A stretch of DNA of 64,000 nt. Source: Candidatus Sumerlaeota bacterium (GTDB lineage: Bacteria > Sumerlaeota > Sumerlaeia > JAFGJS01). Shown here in pieces: positions 1-7,256 of this stretch. Position 1 is the stretch's first letter. Each line of letters begins with the position of its first letter. The notes beneath the pieces were generated by a model that saw only the letters and a list, made by a program, of their open reading frames with translations, had not been told where the DNA came from and ran no database searches. The position numbers and the translations under genes are program-made. The DNA lies in contig JAFGJS010000030.1 of the NCBI GenBank assembly GCA_016928995.1, forward strand, positions 37,776 to 101,775. The letters are read 5' to 3'.

Positions 1-2
1 CC

Positions 3-740
3 GGCGACGTAGGATTCCTGCCTACGCAGGCATATTGCGGGCGTATCCGCGGCGCGGCGCTGAACATGACCGCCGCCATCTGCGGCAATCGTTTCTCTCG
101 CGGTTTAATCCGCCCCGGCGGAGTCGCCTATGATCTCGACGATGCGATCATCCGTCATCTGTTGGAGCGACTTGAAGCTGTGCGCGCGGATGCCGTCAGC
201 GCCATCGAATTGCTGTGGATCACTCCTTCGGTGCTGGAGCGTTTCGAACGCACGGGCGTTGTGTCGAAGGAGATCGCCGAGGAGATCGGCTTGGTGGGCC
301 CTGCGGCGCGCGCCTGCGGCCTGAATCGCGATGTGCGCCACGATTTTGCTCGCGGCATTTATCAGTTCCAGCAAATTCCTATCGCATCGGTCGAATCTGG
401 TGATGTTTATGGCCGGGCGATGGTGCGCTGGCTTGAATTGCTGCGTTCGATGACCTTTGTCCGGGAGATGCTGCTGGCGCTGCCGGATTCGAAAATCATG
501 AGCGAACCAGGCGCCATGAAGCCGGAAAGCATTGTTGTTTCGCTGGTGGAAGGATGGCGCGGCGAAATCTGTCATATCGCCGTGACGGACGCTCAGGGAG
601 AATTGAGCGGCTACAAGATCATTGATCCCAGTTTTCACAACTGGTTCGGTCTGGCCTGTGCGTTGCGCGACGAAGCAATTTCCGATTTTCCGCTGTGCAA
701 CAAAAGTTTCAATTTATCGTATTGCGGTTTCGATTTGTAA
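3..740 (+). CDS. NuoD/[NiFe]-hydrogenase large-subunit family protein (group-4, Ech/Hyc-like), C-terminal part; gene truncated by window start
   Basis: Frame is open from base 3 with no stop before the first Met at 66. The segment ...IIDPSFHNWFGLACAL...NLSYCGFDL resembles the C-terminal region of the complex-I 49-kDa / hydrogenase-3 large subunit. It is directly followed by a small-subunit gene. A canonical C-terminal DPCxxC Ni-ligand motif is not obvious. Confidence 0.7.
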   Translation, partial: GDVGFLPTQAYCGRIRGAALNMTAAICGNRFSRGLIRPGGVAYDLDDAIIRHLLERLEAVRADAVSAIELLWITPSVLERFERTGVVSKEIAEEIGLVGPAARACGLNRDVRHDFARGIYQFQQIPIASVESGDVYGRAMVRWLELLRSMTFVREMLLALPDSKIMSEPGAMKPESIVVSLVEGWRGEICHIAVTDAQGELSGYKIIDPSFHNWFGLACALRDEAISDFPLCNKSFNLSYCGFDL

Positions 741-761
741 TCAGCGAAGGAGCGTCCGTAA

Positions 762-1535
762 ATGCTGTTCGAGATTCTTAAAGCGCGATTTCAGCAAGGG
801 CATCAGACGACGGCCTATCCCGCTGGACCGCCGCCGCAGTTGTCCGAACGCTTTGCCGGCATGCCGGCGATCGAACGGAGCGCTTGCCATTCTTGCGATG
901 GAATCTGCGCCGGCCTTTGCCCAAGCCGCGCGATTCAGCGCGATGCAGCCGGCGCCGTGGCGCTCGACATGGGGCGATGCCTGTTTTGCAACGAATGCGC
1001 GGAGGCATGCCCCAAGGATGCGATTCGCTTCACGAGTCAATATCAACTGGCGGCGGCCAAGCGCGAGGATCTGATCACCGATGGCGTCAATGCCGACGCG
1101 CGCCTTGCGCTCAACGAACGCGCCGCCCGGCTTTATGGCCGTTCTTTCGCCTTGCGCGTCGTCAGCGCCGGAGGATGCGGGGCGTGCGAAGCGGATGTCA
1201 ATGTGTTGACCACGCTGACTTGGGACATCGGGCGTTTTGGCCTTCATTACGCCGCTTCGCCTCGACATGCCGACGGACTGTTGCTAATTGGTCCTGTTCC
1301 GGAAAACATGGCGTTCGCCGTGAAGGAGACATACGACGCCATACCCGCGCCCAAGTTCGTCATCGCCGTGGGCGCCTGCGCCATCTCCGGCGGCATGTAT
1401 GCCGATCATCCCGAATGTCACGCCGGCCGCCGTCCGATCATCCCCATCGATCTGCATATTCCAGGCTGCCCGCCTCATCCTTTGACGATCCTCGATGGTT
1501 TGCTGCGTTTCCTTGGGCGCATTTCTGAGGAGTAG
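762..1535 (+). CDS. energy-converting hydrogenase small subunit (NuoB/HycG-like) fused to an N-terminal 2x[4Fe-4S] ferredoxin domain
   Basis: N-terminal CHSCDGICAGLCP and CLFCNECAEACP motifs (CxxCxxCxxxCP type). C-terminal part has GGCGACE...GACAISGG...GCPP, the proximal-cluster cysteine pattern of NuoB/HycG/EchC. Confidence 0.8.
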   Translation: MLFEILKARFQQGHQTTAYPAGPPPQLSERFAGMPAIERSACHSCDGICAGLCPSRAIQRDAAGAVALDMGRCLFCNECAEACPKDAIRFTSQYQLAAAKREDLITDGVNADARLALNERAARLYGRSFALRVVSAGGCGACEADVNVLTTLTWDIGRFGLHYAASPRHADGLLLIGPVPENMAFAVKETYDAIPAPKFVIAVGACAISGGMYADHPECHAGRRPIIPIDLHIPGCPPHPLTILDGLLRFLGRISEE

Positions 1536-1598
1536 CTATCGGCGCCCCTTGCCACGGTCTTTTCATTTTTCAACATCACCGTCTTTTTTTGTAGAGGA

Positions 1599-2366
1599 TC
1601 AATAGATGAAGAATTCCACGCGGCGGTTCAGCGCCCAGCCTTCCTCGTTTTCCTCGAGGCTGGCGGGATTTTCTTCGCCGTAACTGATCGTGTAAATCTG
1701 CGCTGGATTCACGCCGCGGCCGATGAGGAATTCCCGCGCGGCGTGGGCGCGCTGCTGGCCGAGGTGGTAGTTGTATTCAAGCGTGCCGCGCGAATCGGCG
1801 TATCCCTGGATCTGCACTTGCAGGTTGGGGTACTTTTTGAAGAAATCGGCGGCGCGTTGCAGCGCCGGCTTCATCTCTTCCGTGATCGAAGCGGAATTGA
1901 AGTCGAAATAGACCGGACTGAGCGACGGGGTCTGGCGTTTGGCGGTGCGTTGCGGCGCGCGCAGGATCGGATAGGGCGTGTCCACGCTGGCGTCGGCGTT
2001 GCGCGGATCATCCGGCACGGCTGTGAGCGTGGCGCCATCGCCGCCGGGCTGAGCGTCCAGCGTCTCTTCGGCGTTCCATCCGCCCGCGAGCATCTCTGTG
2101 TCGTCCTCTTCCGGCAATCCCCATTGGGTTCGCACGCCTGGAGCGCTGGGCAGGTATTGGTCTTGAATCTCAACCGGCTCGCCGGTGCTCCATTGATACT
2201 GCCGCTGCTGCCGGCATCCGGACAGCGCGCATATGAGCGTCAGCGCGGCGGCCAAGGTCCATCGCACCGTCCCGTTCCACGGGCGATTCCGCGGGTTGAT
2301 GGTTTGGCGTTTTTTCCTGTCGCTCATCATGCGTTTCTCCGCGCGCGATGAATCGCGGCGTTGCAT
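1599..2366 (-). CDS. pal: peptidoglycan-associated lipoprotein Pal (OmpA C-terminal domain)
   Basis: Lipobox LICALSGC. C-terminal OmpA_C motif YFDFNSASI...QIQGYADSRGTLEYNYHLGQQRAHAAREFL...NRRVEF. Likely true start at the internal Met at 2330. Lies downstream of tolB. Confidence 0.8.
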   Translation of the reverse strand: MQRRDSSRAEKRMMSDRKKRQTINPRNRPWNGTVRWTLAAALTLICALSGCRQQRQYQWSTGEPVEIQDQYLPSAPGVRTQWGLPEEDDTEMLAGGWNAEETLDAQPGGDGATLTAVPDDPRNADASVDTPYPILRAPQRTAKRQTPSLSPVYFDFNSASITEEMKPALQRAADFFKKYPNLQVQIQGYADSRGTLEYNYHLGQQRAHAAREFLIGRGVNPAQIYTISYGEENPASLEENEEGWALNRRVEFFIY

Positions 2367-2518
2367 TGCGGTTTTGCGGCGCTTCGTATGTCCGTCATGC
2401 TCCTCGAATCGATCCTCGATTTTTGATTATAAAGTATGAGCAAGAACCAGCGCAAGCGCAAGCGCAAGAAAATAAGCTGGACCCGCCGGAGCATCGATGC
2501 TTCCGGCGGCGGATGCGT

Positions 2519-3955
2519 TTAATCTATGCTTAAAAAAGGCGACCAGGCCGGCGAGTGATTCGCGCCTTGATCCGTCAGCCGCGTCACGTTGCTGCCGTCA
2601 GCGTTCATCACGTAAATTTGCTGCGAGCCTGTGCGATCCGAGGTGAAGGCGATCAATTCGCCGTTGGGCGCCCAGGTCGGATCTTCATTGTTGCCTTCAT
2701 TCGGTCCGCGTCCGGTCAATTGCCGCCAATTGCGGCCGTCCAGATCGAGGGTGTAGATATTAAAGACCCCATCGGAGCGGCCTGAGATGGCGATCTTGTC
2801 GCCCTTGGGCGAGATCACCGCGCCGTCGTTGTAGGAGCCTTGGAAGGTGATGCGCCGTCGGTCGAGTCCGTCGGAGTCCGTCATCCAGATTTGCGGATTT
2901 CCGCTGCGGTTCGAGGTGAAGAGAACCTGGCGGCCATTGGGGAAGAACGAAGGCGATGAGTCGATCGCCTTGTGCCGTGTGAGCCGCTGAAGTTTCTTGC
3001 CGCTGCGGTCCATTAAATAGATTTCCGAATTGCCGTCTTTGCCCAGTGTGAGGGCGATGCGCTGGGTTTGCTGGTTCCAGTTCGGCGAGATGTTGAAGCC
3101 CGGTTGGCGCGAGATGAACCATGGTTCGCCGCCCGAGATTTTTACTCCGCATAAATCCCAATTGAAGTCCTTGTCGGATGTGTAATAGATTTCCTCGTTG
3201 TTATAGCCCCAGCAGGGGGTGGCGGCGAGTTTCATGTCGCGGGTCAGGCGCTGTGGATTCGCTCCGTCGGCGTCGATCAGGAAAACTTCTTTGACGCGGG
3301 TGCTTTTGGGTTCGGCGCTGTGGACGAAGACAAGCTGGGTGTTGGCCACGCCGCGTTTGAAGGTGATGGCGGAAAAAACGTCGTCGCTGATTTTATGCGC
3401 CAGCGTGCGCCATTCGTCTTTTTTGCGCGGGCGGTATTCATTCTCGAAGATTTTGATGTTTTTCGCGGTTTCATAAAGAACGACTTTTGCGCCAATGGCG
3501 TTTTCGTCGAGGGAGTATTGCATTTTCAGCACGAAGTCGGCCTTGAGCGCGCGCCACTCGACAAATTCGATCGCTTCTTTTTGCTGGTCGATTTTGTCCT
3601 GTTCCTGCACGTATTTCTGGTCAGCGGCAGGTTTGAAGTAGCCCGAGATGGACAGATCCCGGTAAATCACCTCCGAGATCGAGCCTGGCGGGATGCGCTT
3701 GGTGGATTGCGGCGAGTAATGGGCGTGCGGAACGGCGATGGAATAGACCGTGCGGATGTCTTCCGCGGAAACTTCGCCGATGTCGATCGGACGGTCGCCG
3801 CCGAGCTGAGCCAGCAGCGGACGGGTGTTTTGATTGATCGCGTTGAGCGCGATGGTTTGGCCGGCATGGAGTCCGGCAGGGCCGCAGAGCAAGACGGCGA
3901 GCGTGAAAATCGCCGTCAGCGCGGCGCAACAGGAACGGGAGCGAGCAATGGGCAT
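2519..3955 (-). CDS. tolB: Tol-Pal system beta-propeller protein TolB
   Basis: Signal peptide MPIARSRSCCAALTAIFTLAVLLCGPAGLHA when started at Met45 of the ORF (the ORF itself extends to 4087). N-terminal TolB domain followed by repeated WD-like blades (DGxxIAFxSDRxG, PxWSP). Canonical tolB-pal order. Confidence 0.8.
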   Translation of the reverse strand: MPIARSRSCCAALTAIFTLAVLLCGPAGLHAGQTIALNAINQNTRPLLAQLGGDRPIDIGEVSAEDIRTVYSIAVPHAHYSPQSTKRIPPGSISEVIYRDLSISGYFKPAADQKYVQEQDKIDQQKEAIEFVEWRALKADFVLKMQYSLDENAIGAKVVLYETAKNIKIFENEYRPRKKDEWRTLAHKISDDVFSAITFKRGVANTQLVFVHSAEPKSTRVKEVFLIDADGANPQRLTRDMKLAATPCWGYNNEEIYYTSDKDFNWDLCGVKISGGEPWFISRQPGFNISPNWNQQTQRIALTLGKDGNSEIYLMDRSGKKLQRLTRHKAIDSSPSFFPNGRQVLFTSNRSGNPQIWMTDSDGLDRRRITFQGSYNDGAVISPKGDKIAISGRSDGVFNIYTLDLDGRNWRQLTGRGPNEGNNEDPTWAPNGELIAFTSDRTGSQQIYVMNADGSNVTRLTDQGANHSPAWSPFLSID

Positions 3956-4185
3956 GAATCTCCACCTTGACATGGAATGTTGAGCGTTGATTGTGTTTAA
4001 CCAGACTGGACCGCTCCGCAGCGGTTTGGCTGCATTTTCATCACTGGAGAGTTGACCACTGGAAAAATCTCTGTGAGTCTTGGCCAATCAAGTGCGTTCT
4101 GTCAAGGCGGATCGGCGCTTGCGCTGACTGTGGACGCGTCTCATTTCAGTTACGGAGGCTAATCTCTTAAATCATGGCTCCTTAT

Positions 4186-4269
4186 CAGCACTGAAAGTGC
4201 TGCGTACCACAGCCCAGGCCAGAGCGTAGGCCGCTTGCGGCCGTGAGCGCCGGCCTGGGTAGAGAGTTA
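4186..4269. repeat. two adjacent hairpins, the second nested (CCCAGGCC...GGCCGC-TT-GCGGCC...GGCCTGGG)
   Basis: Perfect short inverted repeats read directly at 4186-4202 (CAGCAC-TGAAA-GTGCTG) and 4213-4269. They sit between tolB and the wecA-like gene. Confidence 0.5.
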
Positions 4270-4397
4270 AAGCATTCTAGGCTGGCGGGATTTTTGCTCC
4301 GCAAAAATCATGACAGCCGTGTTTTGCAGTTTCGGAGCTGAAGAGAGATGCACCCTTGCGCTGCGGCGGAATGCGAATAGGCATCGGGAATAAAAAA

Positions 4398-4495
4398 TCA
4401 TCATCGGGATCGGGATCGCTATCGGTATCGAAAAATCGAAATGATTGTGATTGCATTAATATCGATTCCGATTTCGATAGCGATTTCGATTCTGA
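4398..4495. repeat. two inverted arrays of ~5 hexamer repeats (GATCGG x5, then CGATTY x5) forming a long imperfect hairpin in the wecA-like leader
   Basis: gatcgggatcgggatcgctatcggtatcgaaaaatcgaaatg ... atcgattccgatttcgatagcgatttcgattc. ATCGCTATCG..ATCGAAA pairs with TTTCGATAGCGAT. The first array contains three GATC sites. Confidence 0.6.
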
Positions 4496-4527
4496 TGTAT
4501 TCATGCAAGGATCAGGAAAAAAGGCAC

Positions 4528-5610
4528 ATGATGCAACTGCTGACATGGCCGGTGTGTCTGGCGATTTTGTTTTTTGAGGCGGTCGGGCTTTCGCTGCTGC
4601 TCACGCCAGTGGCGCAACGCTTGGGGCAGCGCGGTTTTCTTGACGCGCCCGGCGAGCGGAAGATTCATGAAGCGCCGATTCCGCGCAATGGCGGCATGGC
4701 CATCGTGGCCGCCTTTCTCATCGTGCTGCTGGGCAACATCGCGGCGGCGTGGCTCTTTCGCGACGCGCTGATTGAGCGCGTGCCGCATGCCGCGAACCTG
4801 GGGCAGAAATGGAAAGAATTGACCGCCGTGCTGGCTGGCGGCGTGTGGATTTTCGGCGTAGGGCTGCTCGATGACCGGCGCGCGCTGCGGCCGCTGGTGA
4901 AATTCGCCGGACAGTTGCTGGCCGCCGCGCCGTTGCTCATTGCTGGCATCCAGTTGAAAAGTTTCCTGCCCGATGCGGCGGGCATGGCGCTTACGGTGTT
5001 CTGGGTCGCGCTGCTGTGCAATTCGCTCAACTTTCTGGACAACATGAACGGTCTGAGCAGTGGTGTGGGCGTAATCTGCGCGCTGATTTTCGGTTGGATC
5101 GCCTATGACAGCGGGCAGTTTTTCATGGCCGCGATGTTCCTGATTCTCGCCGGCAGCTACGCCGGCTTCTGGCATTTTAATTTCAACAAGGGCGACATCT
5201 TCATGGGCGACGGCGGCTCGATGTTCCTCGGTTATATGCTGGCGGCGCTGTCGATTCTGACGAACTACTGGGAGGCCGGGGCGCCGTCCGGGTTGCCGGT
5301 GCTGATGCCGGTTGTGGTGCTGGGCGTGCCGTTGTTCGACACACTGTCGGTCTTCTGGATTCGCTTCCGCAGCGGCCAGCCGCTGTACAAAGGCGACATG
5401 AACCACTTTTCGCACCGGCTGGTCGATCTTGGACTTTCGCGGCGAGGGGCTGTGATGTTCATCTATCTGGTCACGGCCTGCGTCGGCCTCAGCGCGCTGC
5501 CATTCAAGGCGCTCAGCCTCGCGCAGGCGCTGGTCTATTCGCTGCAGATTGTGATCTGGTTCTGCATCATCTACTGGATCGAACGATTGGGGAAAAAGAA
5601 GGCGGAATAA
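4528..5610 (+). CDS. UDP-HexNAc:undecaprenyl-phosphate HexNAc-1-phosphate transferase (WecA/WbpL/TagO family, MraY-like GT4)
   Basis: Multi-TM protein with DDRRAL, NSLNFLDNMNGL and GDGGS motifs typical of polyprenyl-phosphate N-acetylhexosamine-1-P transferases. Start taken at MMQLLTW. The upstream in-frame Ile-rich extension from 4441 is encoded by the hexamer repeats and is probably not translated. Confidence 0.8.
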   Translation: MMQLLTWPVCLAILFFEAVGLSLLLTPVAQRLGQRGFLDAPGERKIHEAPIPRNGGMAIVAAFLIVLLGNIAAAWLFRDALIERVPHAANLGQKWKELTAVLAGGVWIFGVGLLDDRRALRPLVKFAGQLLAAAPLLIAGIQLKSFLPDAAGMALTVFWVALLCNSLNFLDNMNGLSSGVGVICALIFGWIAYDSGQFFMAAMFLILAGSYAGFWHFNFNKGDIFMGDGGSMFLGYMLAALSILTNYWEAGAPSGLPVLMPVVVLGVPLFDTLSVFWIRFRSGQPLYKGDMNHFSHRLVDLGLSRRGAVMFIYLVTACVGLSALPFKALSLAQALVYSLQIVIWFCIIYWIERLGKKKAE

Positions 5611-5796
5611 CCGCAAACAAATAAACGCAAAGACGCAGAGACGCAAAGTTTTTGACAGGATTCACAGGATGGGCAGGATAAAAATGTGGAGATGCTGAGT
5701 GGCGCTTCACATCACACAACCCCATCAATTCTGTCGATCCTGTTTAAGAGGTTCTTCTGCGGTTGGTATGGATGAAGCGATATGATCATCGTTCAC

Positions 5797-5893
5797 AAGA
5801 TGCTAGATACTGGATGCTCGATACTGGATATCGATCGAGCAGTTGCGTTCGTTGTCAGTTCATCCAGTATCTAGTATCCAGCATCGGATTCAT
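5797..5893. repeat. long imperfect inverted repeat with internal direct repeats (GATACTGGAT x2 / ATCCAGTATC x2) downstream of tRNA-Arg
   Basis: gatgctagatactggatgctcgatactggatatcgatcgagc ... catccagtatctagtatccagcatcgga. Arms are ~25-30 bp. Confidence 0.5.
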
Positions 5894-6017
5894 TGGGAGC
5901 GCGATCGCAAAAAAACAGCGATAATGCCGAATCCACAACAAAACGTGAAGATCCAAAAAAATCAGTTCTTTGTGCCTTTGTATGAGGAAAAAACGCGGTT
6001 TTGGGTCGAGTGGAAAT

Positions 6018-6094
6018 GGCGCGCCTGACAGGACTCGAACCTGTAACCTTTGGTTCCGTAGACCAACGCTCTATCCATTGAGCTACAGGCGCGC
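6018..6094 (-). tRNA. tRNA-Arg (anticodon ACG)
   Basis: The reverse complement gives GCGCGCCTGTAGCTCAATGGATAGAGCGTTGGTCTACGGAACCAAAGGTTACAGGTTCGAGTCCTGTCAGGCGCGCCA. It has a 7-bp acceptor stem, D and T arms (GGTTCGAGTCC), anticodon loop CU-ACG-GA and an encoded CCA. Confidence 0.9.
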
Positions 6095-6142
6095 AAATGC
6101 CTTTCGAGCGATTGACTCGAAAGGAGGGCTAAACCTAAGTCC

Positions 6143-7243
6143 GTGAGGCGGCGCGGTCAAGACTTTTTTTATGGGATGCGAGGATCGATGACAGAGACGG
6201 ATAACAATAAAGATACGAATGCGCCACACGCCGGCGAGGCGTTGCGCGACGTCGGTGAACGGGGCTTTCTGAAGCGTATGCGGCGCGTCATGGGCCGGCC
6301 AGACGCCGCGCTGACCGGCGGGCTGGATGATGATGCGGCGATGATCCGCAGCGGCAAGCGGCGTCATCTGCTGCTGACCAATGATATGCTGGTCGAGGAC
6401 ACGCATTTCACCCTGGCGACAACGCCGCCGGAGGCGCTGGGGTACAAGATTGTGGCGGTGAATGTCAGCGATATCGCCGCGATGGCCGGACGGCCGGGGC
6501 TGATGACCGTGGGGTTGGGCGCTCCGCCGTCCATGCCAATGGCGGATTTGGAGGCGTTATATCAGGGGATTCGCCAGGCCTGCCGCCTGTTCGGCGTGAC
6601 GCTGGCCGGCGGCGACACGGTGCGCGCGGAGCGGCTGACGCTGAGTGTGACGCTTACCGGAGAATATCGAGGACGCAAGAGCCGCGCGCCGCTGCGCTCG
6701 CGGATGAAGCCCGGCGACTGGATCTACGCGACTGGGACGCTGGGCGACTCAGCCGCTGGTTTGATGCTGCTACTGGAGGCGGAACAGGGGCGCGAGCTGG
6801 ACGAGGGCGACCGCGAATTCCTGATTCAGCGTCATCAGCGGCCCACGCCGCGTGTGAAAGAGGCGCTGGCGCTGCATGCGGCGCTGGGGCGAATGGCGAT
6901 GATGGACCTGAGCGACGATCTGCTTTCGTCGTTGCGGATGCTGGCGGAGCTTTCCGGCGCGGGATTCGAGGCGGAGTTGGATGACTTGCCGTTGAGCGAG
7001 CCGCTGCTGCGATTCACGGAGAACATCGGCCGGCAAGCCTCGGACCTGGCGCTGCTGGGCGGCGAGGATTTTGAGTTGCTCTTCGCCTGCCCCGCCGAAC
7101 CCGAGCGCGTGCGAGAGATCCTGCATCAGGCAAAAATTAAGACGCTCGTGACGCCGATCGGCCGCGCGACAAAAAGCGGCGAGAAATTCCTGCGTCAAGG
7201 CCGCGAAATCGCCGTGAAAAGCAATTCCTTTTCACATTTTTAA
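6143..7243 (+). CDS. thiL: thiamine-monophosphate kinase ThiL
   Basis: AIR-synthase-related N-terminal domain (GERGFLKRM, LLLTNDMLVEDTHF, VAVNVSDIAAMAGRP) and C-terminal PurM-like domain. The true start may be the Met at 6188. Confidence 0.8.
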   Translation: MRRRGQDFFYGMRGSMTETDNNKDTNAPHAGEALRDVGERGFLKRMRRVMGRPDAALTGGLDDDAAMIRSGKRRHLLLTNDMLVEDTHFTLATTPPEALGYKIVAVNVSDIAAMAGRPGLMTVGLGAPPSMPMADLEALYQGIRQACRLFGVTLAGGDTVRAERLTLSVTLTGEYRGRKSRAPLRSRMKPGDWIYATGTLGDSAAGLMLLLEAEQGRELDEGDREFLIQRHQRPTPRVKEALALHAALGRMAMMDLSDDLLSSLRMLAELSGAGFEAELDDLPLSEPLLRFTENIGRQASDLALLGGEDFELLFACPAEPERVREILHQAKIKTLVTPIGRATKSGEKFLRQGREIAVKSNSFSHF

Positions 7244-7256
7244 AAATCGAGCGACT

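Noticed and set aside
66-740. Treating Met66 as the true start of a 224-aa protein
   Set aside because: The frame stays open to base 3 of the window. 224 aa would be only the C-terminal third of a NuoD/hydrogenase large subunit, so the gene is almost certainly truncated by the window edge.
4441-4527. Ile-rich N-terminal extension (MIVIALISIPISIAISIL...) of the wecA-like ORF resembling an attenuator leader peptide
   Set aside because: It is encoded entirely by the hexamer repeat arrays. It is in-frame with and fused to the wecA-like ORF rather than a separate small ORF. WecA-family proteins start near MMQLLTW, and the downstream gene is unrelated to Ile biosynthesis.
5843-6028. 61-aa ORF overlapping the tRNA-Arg 3' end
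   Set aside because: It overlaps a confidently identified tRNA and the palindromic intergenic element, and has no coding features.
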